Shown: positions 14,001-28,447, numbered from the stretch's first letter. The stretch is DNA of 64,000 bases from Eledone cirrhosa (GCA_964016885.1 OZ024742.1:101122001-101186000), one strand, 5' to 3'. Program-made: numbers and translations. The notes: generated by a model not told the origin, from the letters alone.

Positions 14001-15112
14001 AGAGATGACATAAAAGATATAGGGGAGGAAGGAGAGAAAAAAAATTTGGAGAGAAAAAAGAGGAAGACAAAGGAGTAAGAGGTAAGAAACCTCGAGAAAT
14101 AGTTGGTAGCAGATTGATGTAGGTGGTGAATTGGTAGTCATTAAAATGTTGGATAGAATGCTTCATGGTATTCACTTTGTCTTTCTCAACACACTGAGTT
14201 CAAATCATATTGAGGTCAACTTTGCTTTGCATCCTTTTAAGGTTGATAAATAAAGTACTAGTCTAGTACTAAGGTTGATTCTTCCTCTATATATCTTTCT
14301 AACTTTTTCATTTCTCTCACTTTGTCTTTCTTTCTCCAGAAGAAATCATGTGTTCAGACCTGGAGACGGATAGACTTCACTAAGTAAATGCTTAAAACAT
14401 GTCATATACCACTACAACACCACCAAGAATCCGTCAGAAGATAAAGATTCAAATTGAAAAAAAAAACAAAAAAAAAAAACTAAGTTGCATATGAAAAAGA
14501 TGAGAATATAGCTACAAGATTATTGGATATAAAACTGTAAATCTCAAGGAAATTTAACACTGAGGAGAGAAAGATCTAAATTTGGTACATTTTTAAAGAA
14601 CTACCATTCCAATTAGATAGAGTTCTTCACAACATTTATCAAAGTAAACATTGTTTAAAAACCTTCAAACTTTGACTGTGTTCCTTCAGTAAAGAATTTT
14701 AGTTATTTCATCTGTCATCTCTATTTTGATATTTAGTTTTAATTTACAGACTAGGGCAACAAACACCACTCCAAAGATTAGGCTATTTATACATACACAC
14801 ACACACATGTATGTGTGTGTGTGGAGGGGGGGGGGGGCGGTGTTGCTGTGAGCCTGTGTGCCAGTGTGTGTGTATGTGCGTATGCACATATGTCATAATC
14901 ATCATCCTTTTATGTCTTTTTTTATGCTGGTATGAGTTGGATGGATTGTCACAGACCAAGTTATTATGTAATTGGAGCTACTGTCATAGATTGATTGGAA
15001 GGGAGGATCACATCTCACACTGATACATTCCATTTGGAATGCAGGACCAATAATTTGGTCAATAAATGATCAAGAACAACAATAAACAGACTCAAGAATT
15101 TCTCTTTCTTAA

Positions 15113-15490
15113 GAGGATATGCGACGGCTGGAGAGAAATGAAGCAAGTATGCTCCTTTGGATGTGCAATGTCAATGTGTGAGAATGATAAAGCATGGACG
15201 AGTTGAGAAAGAAACTGGGTATAAGAGGGATAAGTTGTGGTGTGCGGGAGAGAAGACTGAGAGGGTATGGACATGCGATGCGCATGGAGGATGACCGCTG
15301 GATAAAGAAGTGCCAAAAAATCCCAGTAGAAGGAAGACGCAGTAGAGGTAGACCACGTAAAACATGGGTGGAGGTGGTGAGAGCAGACCTCAGATCGCTG
15401 ACACTCACCGAGGAGATGATGCTGTGCTGAATAGGACCTGTCCAACCCTTGCAAGCAGGGAAAAGCAGACATAAAATGATGATGATGATG
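15113..15490 (+). mobile_element. Older RTE LINE 3' fragment
   Basis: DELRKKLGIRGISCGVRERRLRGYGHAMRMEDDRWIKKCQKIPVEGRRSRGRPRKTW is homologous to the RTE C-terminus; (GAT)n tail. Confidence 0.85.
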
Positions 15491-16369
15491 AGGATATATT
15501 AGTCGTGTAGGTGTCAACAAAAGCACCCAGTCCACTCTGTAAAGTGGTCATGTAGGTGTCATAATAAAAAGCCCACAGCCCACACTGTATAGTGGTCAAG
15601 TAGATGTCACAACAAAAATCACCCTGCCCACACTGTAAAGTGGTTGGTGTTAGGAACGGCATCCAGCTGTAGAAAACAAGCCGTGTATGTGAATCAAGAG
15701 TCTCTGACCTGATCTCTCACAAAGGGACTGCCTGTCCTACCCATGCTAGTGTGGAAAATGGACGTTAAGTGATGATGATGATACATATATATATAATCAT
15801 TATAATCATCACCATTTAAAGTCTAATTTCTATGATAGCATGGGGCTGTCACATTGTGAGGCCAGACAAAGTCATCTTTGCCTGTCATCCATTCAGGGTT
15901 GATGAAATAAAGTATCAATCCAGGATGGTCTGCTAGAATTGTTAGAGTACTGGATGAAAGGTGATACTTCCCCACCTCTTCTCTCTACCACACCTGCCAT
16001 ACACCCATAATATAATACTTGTAATCTGCCCACCCACCTACTATCACCTAGCCAGGACATCAAACTTATCGCCCTTCCTACCTTCCCCCTTTCCTGTCCT
16101 CCATAGGACAGAGAAAGCTCTTCAGTCAAGTCAAGTCGGCAAACAACCACCCTAGTGCTGGTGCTATGATAAAATGCTATAGAAACTACGCCAAAAAAGA
16201 GTTGTGTCAAGGACATGGTAACCTCCCTTATGCTGGTGCCATGATAAAATACAACTGTTTCATTCTATAGACTGCAGTAATGTACAAGAGCAAGATGTGG
16301 CCTCTGATACATCTGAGAGGTCAGTGGATCTAAGTACTGACTTGGTCAATACTTAGATAACCCATTCAA

Positions 16370-16423
16370 CTCAGCTCGTAATGGACATGGTTATACGTAT
16401 AACCATGTCCATTACGAGCTGAG
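16370..16423. repeat. Perfect 54-bp palindrome
   Basis: ctcagctcgtaatggacatggttatac|gtataaccatgtccattacgagctgag. Confidence 0.93.
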
Positions 16424-16455
16424 GATCCGCTAAGGTGAAACAATTGTTCTCAGTA
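16413..16455 (+). ncRNA. Minimal hammerhead ribozyme, second family
   Basis: TACGAG-CTGAGGA-TCC-GCTAA-GGT-GAAAC-AATT-GTT-CTCAGTA: core boxes intact, stem III AC/GT with a palindromic AATT loop, stem I GAG/CTC. Stem II is weak. Confidence 0.6.
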
Positions 16456-16550
16456 TGGTGAACTAACTGTTGTGTAACCACTTCTACCTAACTCGTCCCA
16501 TGGACTGCGTGCTCTACCACTACGGTTATTACCTTCCAGTGTTCTACCAC

Positions 16551-16622
<72 letters not shown>

Positions 16623-18665
16623 CAAGTGTCTATGTACATATATTTGATCAAACAGTATATAAACTTCACTATATTTCTGTTTGTTTAATGTTAAATAAAT
16701 TGCTTCTCCTCAAACTCACACATACATACTTCATCAAAACAAAAACCTACTTCATTAAACATTACATGACATCTACAGCACTACCATCTCTTGAAGAAAG
16801 ATCTTTTATTTTCCCTGACAACCAGTCTCTATACAAACTTTACTTTTAGAAATTAATTAGATTTGGATAAGCTATTCACTTCTTTTTCTTCCTATTTTTA
16901 TTATATTCTATTTTCTCTTTTGCTTGATTACAGCTTCTTTCTACCCTGCAAAAAAAATCTTTTTATGCAGTGGAAAGTAAGGCCTTTCTACCCAGCAGAA
17001 AATATGGTCTTTCTACTCAGCAGAATTTATGTTATTTCTACTTAGCAGAAAGTATAATCTTTTTATCCAATATAAAAGTATGGTCATTCTACTCAATGGA
17101 AAATACCATATATACTCAGTTGAGAAATATGTAACTATAAAAAGAAATTATGGTAAAATGAGAGTCAGCGTATATTTTGATGATTTCCATAAACTTCAAA
17201 TTGTACATAAATAAGGTGCTAAAATATATGGAGCGATTATTTTACAATGAAACAGTTTTTTTTACATTTACTGTATCACCTTGAAGGTTATATGCATTCC
17301 TTTGAGAACATTCCTAATAAACTTTTATAATTTGAACTTTTTAATACATAAATATCCCCTACATATACATACTGACTATTTTACTCTGATTAATTATACT
17401 TTTTCTTTCAATCTTATTTCTGTCTTGTATTTTATTGTTCTCTCTCCTTTCTCTCGATCTCACCCTCTCTTTCTCAAATGTTCTCCCTTCCCCTTTCAAC
17501 TCTGAATCCTTATACAATGTCCTCTTAGTCAATATCTTTCTTTCAACTATTCCTTATTCATTATGTACCCTTGTACATAGTTTCGATCTCCTCCTAGTGT
17601 TTTTAATGATCTCCATAATGTTTAAACGAAAAAGATTTTTTAATAAATATTTTAAACTCAAAACATATCTCAATGGAATAAAAGGGTAGACTTATATATC
17701 AAATTTTAGTGATTTTAAAGTAATAATCTGGCTGATTTAGGAAATTTTAACCAGCTTACACGTTTGTTTTTGTTTTGTTTTTAATATCAAACTGAGTGTA
17801 CTAATGAAGTAATAGAGAGAAAAAAAAATTGTTTTCAAAATTACACTAGTGTTGAATATTGAATTTTTTAGTGAGGGGGTATGCTGTTGCGAGATGTGTG
17901 CTATTGTAAACATTTACTTAAAACTTTAATACTTGTATGACATTAAGTTGTTTCCAAGTTTTTTAAGGCATGCATTTCACTCAATGAAACTAAAAACATT
18001 ATAAATATCAAAATATTAAATTTCATAAATATATTTTCCACCCATGAGAATTTTAAAACTGTGCCATTTAAACAATGTATTGATTAGCTGCCTCGGCTTA
18101 TAAAAGGGGTTTGGATTTTTGCAGTTTATTCTTTTTACCTAGCAGAAAATATGGTGTTAAATATAAACATAGAATTATTTTTCTCATTGTCTTAATGGAT
18201 AAACCCTTCTTTACAAAGAAAAATAAGGGGGAAATAATAAATACTATATTGCAAAATATAAAGTAAAACCATAAACTACTACTTATTTTTTTTGTCTTAC
18301 TTTACTTGTATTTTCATTCCTTTATTTCTAACACTAAGATTTATTCATTTAATTGTATTTCAGACTGTTAAGAAACAAATATAGAAAGCAACCAGGTGAA
18401 ATCTCTAAAGATTAAAATAACTGAGTATTATAACCCTATATACTTGTGTATAAGTCACATAGTTAGATAAGTTGCACCTCCATTTTACATACAATGTTTT
18501 GTAGGTCTAGTAGATAGGTTGTATGCCGAGTTTTACATCATTATATATTTTTTAAGCAATGTTTTACATCCGGATGCCCTTCTTGGCACCAACCTCTTAG
18601 TTGCCTTGTATGATATGAAGTAACAGTATACATATTCTAAAATACAGATGGAATATATATATATA

Positions 18666-19003
18666 TCATCATCATCATCATTTTACATCCGCTTTTCCCT
18701 GCTTGCAAGGGTGGGATGGGAACTGATTCTGGCTTGATTTCTACAGCTGGATGCCCTTCCTAACACTAACCTCATTTACAGTGAGTGATGGGTGCTTTTT
18801 TGCCGTGGCACCTCCACGACCACTTTGCAGTGGAATGATATGGACCCCATTTCTTATCATCTCATTTCTATAGCTGAGTAAACTGGAGCAATGTAAAATA
18901 AAGTGTCTTGCTCAAGGAAACAACACATGACCTGGTCTGAGATTTGAACTCACAACCTTTCGATTGCAAGGCCAATGCTCTAACCACTAAGCCATGTGCC
19001 TCC
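18666..19003 (-). mobile_element. tRNA-derived SINE, family B, with an RTE-derived 3' tail
   Basis: A box TGGCTTAGTGG, B box GAGTTCAAATC, central ccttgagcaagacactttatt domain, 3' part shared with the RTE 3' UTR, (GAT)n tail. Confidence 0.85.
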
Positions 19004-19114
19004 ATATATATATATATTTCTAAAATTTCTTCAGTCAAAAATATGACAAAAGCTTCTATTTCTACTAAATTTCAAACTTCGCTCACTTTTCAAAACAGAC
19101 TTACTTGTCATTAT

Positions 19115-20668
19115 ATCATCATCATCATCACCGTTTTACGTCCGTTCTTCCACGCTAGCATGGGTTAGACGGGTTGTCCTGTTGTGGGCAGTGTCTGGTC
19201 GGCTGACCATGCCTTGCTCATACAGGAACTGATCTGGCTTGATTTCTACAGCTGGATGCCCTTCCTAACACCAACCTCATTTACAGTGAGTGCTGGGTGC
19301 TTTTTCGTGGCGCCTACACGTCCACTTTACAGTGTGGGCTGGGTGCTTTTTTGCCGTGGCACCTCCACGGCCACCTTGCGGGGGGGGGGGGGGGGGGGGG
19401 CATATTGTTTATATGCTTCAGCATGTACCCATGGGAGGTCGGGTACCCTGTATTACTGCGTGACGCCAGAAGTCACGGTCGTGTGTCATTGACTTTGAGA
19501 GGTGTAGTTGGGTAAGGTCGGCTTTTATCACCTCATCCCAAGTCATCTTGGGTCTCCCCACTCCGCGGTTTCCATCAACTTCTAGTGCTCTGCACCTTTT
19601 TATGCAGCTGTCATCCTTCATACGCATCACATGTCCATACCAGCGTAACCGCCTCTCCTGCACGCAGCATTTGATTCCTCTTATGCTCAGTCTCTCTCTC
19701 AATTCCTTTATGCTTTGTCGTTCACGTATATTACTGTTACACATCCATCGAAGCATGCAGGCTTCGTTTCTCTCTAATCTACGTAAGTCTTCCACCTTCA
19801 GCGCCCAGGTCTCACTACCATGCAACATCGCTGTTCGGATACACGCATCATACAGTCTGCCTTTCATTCTGAGGGAGAAGCCTTTTGCAGCTAGCAGTGG
19901 TAGTAGTTCCCTAAACTTCTTCCATCCCGTTCTTACCCTAGTTATTGTACTTTCTGAGCACCCACCTCCGTTGCTAATTCGGTCACCTAGGTAGCAGAAG
20001 CTGTCTACTGTTTCTACAGGGCCCTCCCAGAGATTGGTGGTACTTGTTTCCTGTGGCTGTTTGCTTGCTGTTTCAGCACAGCTGCTGCATGTGAATCCTA
20101 CATTCTTAATTAAGCTTCCTGAGATCCCGCTACATCTCTTGTGTACCCATTGTTTGCATTTGGGGCAGAGAATGGAGTTCCTACCTACACCTTTCCTACA
20201 TACTGAGCAAGGCCATTTCCCTGAGGGGATCTGGGTTCTGTTTTCTCGTCTACTTATAAGGACCTTAGTCTTTGTCATGTTGACTTTGAGGCCCTTTCTC
20301 TCTAGTCCCTGCTTCCAGGTTTGGAATTTATTCTCTAGTTCTACCATAGATTCAGCTATGAGTGCGAGGTCATCAGCATACAGGAGTTCCCATGGGCATC
20401 CGGTCTTAAACTCCTCCGTTATTGCCTGCAGGACTATGATGAACAGGAGAGGGCTAAGAACAGAGCCCTGGTGGACCCCAACCTGTACGCTAAATTCCTC
20501 GCTATACTCATTGCCAATCCTAACTTTGCTGACTGCTCCCCTATACATGGCTTGTACCGCTTTCACAAGCCATTCATCTACTCCTAGTTTTCTAAGAGCC
20601 CACCAGATTACTGCACGTGGAACTCTGTCAAAGGCTTTCTCAAGGTCGACAAATGCCAAGTAGAGTGG

Positions 20669-20672
<4 letters not shown>
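19115..20672 (-). mobile_element. 5'-truncated copy of the same RTE LINE (3' part of ORF + 3' UTR), inserted next to (TA)n
   Basis: The 413-aa ORF 19418-20659 matches the C-terminal part of ORF 33584-35656; only scattered nucleotide differences were seen. (ATC)n tail at about 19115-19130; the 5' end abuts a (TA)n run. Confidence 0.95.
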
Positions 20673-20725
<53 letters not shown>

Positions 20726-20770
20726 ACAAGGGGAAAGAGACGATTATGAGGAAGAAAAATATATATATAT

Positions 20771-20852
20771 AATTTTAGCCTGATAGTGGGGTTTAGAACC
20801 CTATCCTTTTCCATTTTTAGAGGGTTCTAAACCCCACTATCAAGCTAAAATT
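20771..20852. repeat. Inverted repeat (about 32-bp arms) next to (TA)n
   Basis: aattttagcctgatagtggggtttagaaccct ... agggttctaaaccccactatcaagctaaaatt. Confidence 0.85.
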
Positions 20853-20894
20853 TCTTTAGTCAAAAATACAGCGAAAGCTATTTCTACTAAATAA

Positions 20895-20947
<53 letters not shown>

Positions 20948-21146
20948 AGATTGGCTGGCTAATTAATTATGTTAATTAGCTAATATTCATAATCATGGTG
21001 AAACCATGGTCAATATATAAAATGAACAAAAACCTAAAAAATAGAAATTAGAATTTTTCCGTTGAAATAAAAGCAACATGTGTAAATTATTCATAAATAA
21101 AAGCTCCATATTTATCTGGTATAGAAAGTGCACAAGTAAAGCTTAC

Positions 21147-21308
21147 CAGTTCCATCTTCATCAAAACAAGCAAATGCATTCTTTATCACATCCTCGGGAT
21201 CTGTTCCATTTAACTTATCTCCAAACATGGTAAGAAACAGAGTGAAATTGATGGGGCCCGTAGCATCATTGACCATATCATTCAAATAATTGTCATCGGG
21301 GTCTTTGC
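21147..21308 (-). CDS. Myosin regulatory light chain, second coding exon (162 nt, phase 1/1)
   Basis: Not in the ORF track. Manual translation gives (G)[53 protein letters not shown](G), the typical MRLC middle segment. Flanked by tttcag acceptor and gtaagc donor; in frame with the previous exon. Confidence 0.95.
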
Positions 21309-22162
21309 CTGAAAGAAATAAAAATGGGAATGAAATTAATGTTACAGCTTATTACTATGGAGGTTAAACTGGCCTCCCATGAGGTTACATCGCTTAGGAG
21401 GTTTATTGGGTGTTTTAATGATAGTCCTCTCATGAAAAGCAACATAAAATGAAGCATCATACTCAGGAACACAACATGCTACTCAGTCCAGGAATTGAAC
21501 CCATGATCTTATGACTGTGAGTTCAAAACTCTAAACACTAGGTCATATGCCTTCACAAATTATTCAAAGTTGTTGAAATAAGAAAAGTATCTACATTTAC
21601 CTTAGATTTTAATGAACAATTTTTTAACAAGCTTCAAGGTGATCTTTGTAGACAAAAATGTATAATCAAATGACCTGACCACAATATAACTGATTATCAT
21701 ACTGATTTTGTTAAAGTTAAAGTCTTTCTGAACCAAGAGGCTCATCAGACAGGAGCTTATCCCGGTTTCATGTGGTATTAAATGACAGCAGAATTAATTT
21801 TATCAGTAAAATGGCACTAGAACAACATGAAATGAAGTGCCTTGATCAAAGATACACTGCACCACCCAGTTCGTGAATTGAACTTACAACCTTAAACTCG
21901 AGGGAATATACATTAGAACATTGTAGGTAAGCACCCTAATTCATGGAACATATTTCATGATGTTTTTTTTTTTATAAGACCTATTTTCTAAATGTTAGGG
22001 TGCACCATTGAGAGAAGGAAGGGTAGTGCTATCCAGTGCCCCTAACCCACAAGGCACCAGGAGCTATACATTACAAAATGCTTATATTCAAATTAAAAGC
22101 TTCCACCATATTTTTATGTAAGAACCTTGAGTTAAGTTTTGTTACACACATCAGCTTAATAA

Positions 22163-22374
22163 TGATTTCTAGTGTAGGCACAAGGCCAGTCATTTAGGGG
22201 GAGGGAAAAATCGATTAAATCGACTCTAGTACGTTACTGGTGCTTTATTTTATTGACCCCGTAAGAAGGAAAGGCAAAGTTAACCTCGGCGGGATTTGAA
22301 CTCAGATCATAAAGGGCCGTAACTCTATGCTGCAAAGCATGACGTTCAACCCTCTACTGATACTGCCAATCCAC
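22163..22374 (-). mobile_element. SINE family A
   Basis: Reverse-complement match to 5333-5527. Confidence 0.8.
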
Positions 22375-25300
22375 AATAATGGAGAATTAAATGAATTTGC
22401 TAAACCTCTCCAAACATTTGATTTTCAAAATGAAAGGAAAGACAGACAATATATGATGCATATGCATGATGATTGTTGTGTAAAAAAGTGCCAGGAAATC
22501 CCAGTGGAAGGTAGTGGCAGTTGATGAAGACTAAGGAAGGCCTGTGTAGAGGTGATATGAGCTGAGGCTCACAGTGGAGATCGCAAAGGAATGCAATGAA
22601 TGGAGGGATGCTGTGCTAGAAAAGACCTGTCCAACCCATGCAAGTATGGAAAAGCAGCCATAAAATGGGGATGATGATGGCCAGAAAAGAGTTTTCAAAT
22701 TGCATGATGTGAGTTAACTTGTGAAACAGAAATGAAAATGTGAACCAGCTGCCAAGAAGTATGATGACCTAGTTCCTTGGGGCATGAGGTATTTTGTTAG
22801 TAAGTTCACTAAAATAAATAAGCCTTGACCTAAAGGTAGAAACTGAAATCAAACCACACAGCAATCAATCAGATCACTGATATTTATGTCAACTATTTTC
22901 AAAGGAATGTTTGCTCTGTGCCATCAGTAACTGATAGCAACTACAACAGCAACAATTATTGACTTTCAGCTCTGAACTAGGTTATATGATAGCAACAGCA
23001 ACAGGTCTAATGAAACTGAAGATGTTCCCCACCCAACAGTTCTCAATGGTGATGGAGAAGATACTGAATTGTTTTAGTAAGGGAGCCAAGCACATTAAGT
23101 CTGTACTGCTTATTACAAAATTTAATTAAAAATAAATAAAAAAATTTACAATTCATCTACACATATTTTAAAAAAGAAGAAAAAGGAAGGATGAAAGAAA
23201 AAGAAAAAAATAGCATAGGAAAAGAAGGTACCCACATAATCTACACCCCAGTCTGAGTGGTATATCTCAGCTGCGTTCTGCAGACAAAATGGTGAAAACA
23301 TTGCTGTGGAGAACAGACAGTGACACCTTCAGCACCAGCCTTTCTACCTCATAGAGCTCTTTCCTTAGGCAAGAGCTCTTCTTGATTTTGCAGAGGAAAA
23401 TGGCAGTTCAGGGACCAAGGACACCCAAGGTTACAAAAAAGGCAACCAGCATAAAAAGGAAACAGTTGATCAAGTCCTGGTATTTAGCTTATCTTTCTCT
23501 CCATAGAAAACTAAACTAAAAACAAATTACATGAGCAAGACATGGCCACCTGACATGCTTGGCCTCATAGCGTGACTAACCCATGCAAGTTTAGAAAACA
23601 ATGTTAAATGGTGTTGATGGTTCACCAGTCAAATAGGGTTGCCTCATGTTAAACAATAAATAAACTAAAAACAAAAATATTTTTGCATGCAAGTATACAT
23701 CTTCATTGTAAAACATCTCTTTAAACTGCATAACAGAGAAAAGAAAACTGAAATTATTCTAGATTTGAGAGAATAGTAATATAACTATTTTTTTTATTAT
23801 TTACTGTTGTATCAAACACAACAAAAGTTTTTATACATAAAATTATGACAGAAGATTTTAAGATAAATATAAACACTTTAAAATAAACATAGAACTAGGG
23901 GCAGGTTTTCGGTAGGTTAGAATCAACTGCATGTCAGATAGTAAACTGTGTCACAGACAGGATTTTTTCAAGAGCACTTGAAGTACTTGCCATGTAACTC
24001 TTTCAGGGTCATATTTTTCATGAAATAATATATTTTTTATGTAAACAAACAATGAACATAAGCGTAACCAAGAAATGCTATAAAATAGCTTATAAAATAT
24101 GGTGAAGTCTTTTTAACTATATAACTGAACAACAATTTTCAGATGTCAGCAGACAGCAACCATATGTAAACAATGTAAGTAGCTGAAAAATCAGACTTTG
24201 AAGTGTTGAGGATATAAAATTAATGTGAAGGATGATGTGTCTTTTAAGGATTTTCACCCTATTTTATAGCATCTATGTGCATGAGCATATTATCCTTTAC
24301 ATTAATTTTAATTTCTATGTATTTTGATACCAAACCACCAGAAACTACTCCGATTTTATTACAATCCTCCCCATATAAAAATATTAAGTAAAGTGGTTGG
24401 TGATAGAGAGGGCATCCAGCTACAGAAAACCTGCTTAACAAAGGGTAGAGAGGATCCTTCAGCTGTATCAAAGACATAAACACCTCTCTAATGCTGGAGT
24501 CAAATGCACAAGGTAGAGTATGGGATCATAAATGAGATGCAGGCCTCCAACCCATCTGAGAGGTCAAGTAGCACCATTTGAGTCTGTAAAGAACCATCGA
24601 ACCCTTACTATCAAGAAAATGAACATTAAATGATTATGATGATATTAAAAACCTTCAATTAAAATTTTTTCAAGAAATTTTCATTAATGTTCCAAAATTT
24701 AATTGAAATTCATAGTATATTTTATTAGAAATACAATAAGGAAAAATTTGAACTAGTGTTTGGTGCATAACTAAATGAAAAGTTCTATATAAAACTATCA
24801 TCATCATCATCGTAGTCCCCCACCTTTGAAGGGGATAATATACCATGAAAAATTAAAGAACATTTGAACTGAGGACAATGAGGTGCAGGTATTAAATGCA
24901 GCAGGACATCATTAAATTTGATGTACTTGGTCATCTTTAGCGCCATTTTTTTAAAACATGAGAAATAATCTTTTTAAATATATAAAAGTAGAAACATAAA
25001 AATTAAAGAAATCTCAAGATGTCTATTTAGGAAATAGGAAGTTTTGTAGGCGCGGCTGCTTCTTTTACTCCTCCTCCCCCACCTCATTCCAGCTGTAATT
25101 TCAGTTTTCAGCAAAAGCTACAGCTGCCACCACCATCACCCCCAGCTGTTTCTGATAAGAATCTGGAATTCTACAATTGTAGGACATGGAGCCCAACAGA
25201 GTGAAACAAAAATTTACACAATAATCAAAGACACTTGTAACTCTGTTATGGAGAAGGGAAGGAGGTTCAGGTGTTTAGTTGTGGTGTAGGGTGAGGCTTT

Positions 25301-25699
25301 CTCACCCACCAACCACTAAATACCTAAAATACATCTCACATTAATATCACTGGGATGTTGAACATGACATATGTATAGAGAAACAAATCATACCCTTATC
25401 ACAACACCATATACCCTTTCCTTTTGCATATCACCCCATTTTTTAAAAAACATTTTAAGGGAGGTAAACTGGCAGTATCAGTAGAGTGTTGGATTAAATG
25501 TCTTGATATTTGTTCCATCTCCCAGCACACAGAGAACAAATCCTGCCATGGTCAACTTTGACTTTCGTCCTTTCAAGGTCAATAAATAAAATACCAGTCC
25601 AAATTCTGCTCCACCTAAAATCAAAATGTTCACACACATTCACAACATACACATTTATATATAAAGAATAATTAATATAGTTAATATGAAGTATTGTGA

Positions 25700-25968
25700 G
25701 ATATGCAATAGATGACTAAGTTTCAGAAACCCAGTAAAATGCAGTAGAAATATATAAAGAGCAAAGGATGACGAGTAAAACAAAAAAAAGTAATGTTTTA
25801 CCCAGTATATTTCAACATGATATTTCAGAGCTATTACCCTCTTTTCAAATGTTGAAATATACTAGATAAAACATTACTTTGCTTTGTTTTATTTGTCATA
25901 TTTTGCCCTTTATATACTTCTACCGCATTGTATCGGCCTTTTGAAACTTATCAGTCATTTATTACATA
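25700..25968. repeat. Older, degenerate inverted repeat (about 118-bp arms)
   Basis: The arms pair (e.g. aagtaatgttttacccagtatatttcaacat / atgttgaaatatactagataaaacattactt); the outer ends carry a GAAAC-TTA-GTC hammerhead 3' half on the minus strand. Confidence 0.75.
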
Positions 25969-28029
25969 TATATTTACACACACACACACACATGCATGAT
26001 AGGCTTCTGCAGTTTCCATCTACAAAGTCATGTTAAAGGTATTGGTCAATTCGAGGCTATAGTAGAAGACATTTGCTCAAGGTGTCACACAATGAAACTA
26101 AATCGGATACGACACGGTTGCGAAGTGAACATTTTAACCAAATAGCCATGTATTTGCCTAATTTATATGCAGAAAAGTAACAATTTTAATAAAATCTGCA
26201 GCAGTTTCTATCGCTGACCTAAAAACCAGTGTAATATATATATATATATATTTTTTTATTATGAACAGGGAAGAGAGAACTATTTAAGTACTAATAGACA
26301 ACCACTCTAGTGCTGTTGGCACGATAAAACGTGTCTGGTCCACACTGTATGGTAGTGCTGGTGCTACAATAAAATGCATCCAGTCCACCCTGTAAAGTGG
26401 CATGCTAAAATGCACCCAGTACACAATGTAGAGTGGTTGGTGAAAGGAAGAGTATCCAGCTAAAAACACTTCTGTGTATGTGTGTGTGAGCATATAGAAA
26501 TAATTGTACCATGTACAACAATGGTTAAAAGTACTCAATACTAGACGTAAAGCAATAATGAAACAAATAAAGTAAAACACAGAATACATTCAAATATATT
26601 ATTTTACTACAGTTTCGTCGTCTGAATCATCAGCAATAGCACTGTTTTGAGGACATATAGCATAATGTAGTCCTAGAAATACTATTAAAAAAAGGCACAG
26701 GATGGAGTAATCACAGCTGGAGTCACTTTAGCCCTTTTCATACCAACACCACTGAAATCACTCTTAGTTCTATATTTATTTGTAAGGTTCATACTTATAC
26801 AACCTTACATTATAATTTTACGAAGGAAATTTGTGTCAAGTAATGTTCCAGATATCGGCTTGAAAAATTAGTTATTTTACTAAATTCTTCAAAATTATTT
26901 AATTTTTCTCAAAATTTACTACAACATACTGGCAGTGTATTTCCTTAAAAATATGGTAACAAAATGGTTATTCATTTGCACCACTAAGGCTAAACCAGAA
27001 CAACAGACCTAATATAATTTAGTAACAGTCACACAGTAACTAAACCAATTTCTGTTTATTTTATTTACTGACAAAATGTGTGAAAATAATTATCTTGGCC
27101 AAGATAAGTACTTTCACACAGTTTAAACCATTTTCCTTCCAACTCTTATTTAGTATTTTTAAAAAAAATGAAAATTAAACAATAACCTTGAGTAAGAATG
27201 ATTCACACAGACAGAAACAATGGGAACTGTTTCTTAAAATAATCAAATGAAACACATATTGTTACCAGTGTCACAGAACTTGGGGAAATTGGAATTCAAT
27301 TCATTTGTTTGAAATTTTACTTGTCATTTCACTAACACTTGTCACTCATCTATTTTTAAATTTATTTCTTTGAGATGGAAACCAATATTTTACTTACACT
27401 GATTCTATTTTACTATTGTCTATCTTGTATTGTCATAGTTTGGCAGAGTCATTAGAATATTGAATAGAGTGCTTTGTGGTATTTGTTCCAGCTCTCTGCA
27501 CACAAACTTCTAAACCCACCAAGGTCAATAAAAAGTACTTGCCTAGAACTAGGGCTGATCTTTCCTCTATACCTTTTTCTCAATTCCTCTCTACCACTCT
27601 CCTTTTCTGGAAGAAATAGGCTGTGTTCAGATTTATAGTGAGGGGATGAGCTCTACCAGGTTTTGAAAACAGTACTCAAGATGCCCCTACAACTCCACCT
27701 GGAGTTCCATGTCCATACATTTACATTGCTCTATTTCATAATTGTTTCTACTTTTGGCACAAGGCCAGCAATTCCCCAGTGCATTACTGGTAATACTTGC
27801 TGAAATGGCAGAAGCATTAGAGCTACAGATGAAATGCTTAGTCATTATTCTAACACCTTGTACCTTGAGCTCAAATCTTGCTGAGGTCAATTTTGCCCTT
27901 AATTTTTCCAAGGACCAATAAATAAATATGTGTAGACTACTGGATTGGCAGAGTCATCAGAATAGTAGATAGGATGCATCATAGTATTTATTCCAGCTGT
28001 TTCAGTTTGGAGTTCAAATTCTGCCATGG

Positions 28030-28447
28030 CTTACTAAACTTAGATGCAGAAGAGTTAATATGTTAGCACACAGTTAACTAAGTTAACTGTTGAACAGTTA
28101 ATAAGTTAGCACCCTGTTAACTAAGTTAGGTACAGATGAGTCAATAAGTTAGTACCTTGTTAACAAAATTAAGTGTAGAACAGTTAATAAGATAGCATCC
28201 TGTTAACTGAATTAGGTGTCGAACAGTTAATAAGTTAATTCTCTGTTAACTAAGTTAACTGTAGAATAGTTAATTCTATTAATTAAGTTAACTGGAAAAC
28301 AGCTAAGTTAACGCCCTATTAAGTTAGCTTCAGAACAGTTAATAAGTTCTGTTAACTAAGCTGTAGAACAGTTAATAGTAAGTTCCTATCAATTAACTAT
28401 TAGCTGTAGAACAGCTGTTAACACCCTTTCAACTAAGTTAGCTGCAG
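28030..28447. repeat. Degenerate ~40-bp minisatellite rich in GTTAAC/TAAGTTA
   Basis: gaacagttaataagttagcaccctgttaactaagtta variants are repeated. Confidence 0.75.

Noticed and set aside
13652-14175. S/L/F- and E/K-rich ORFs
   Set aside because: Purine-rich low-complexity DNA; no domain or splice support.
18930-19003. tRNA gene
   Set aside because: The A/B boxes belong to a SINE head continuous with the SINE body; the cloverleaf is not intact.
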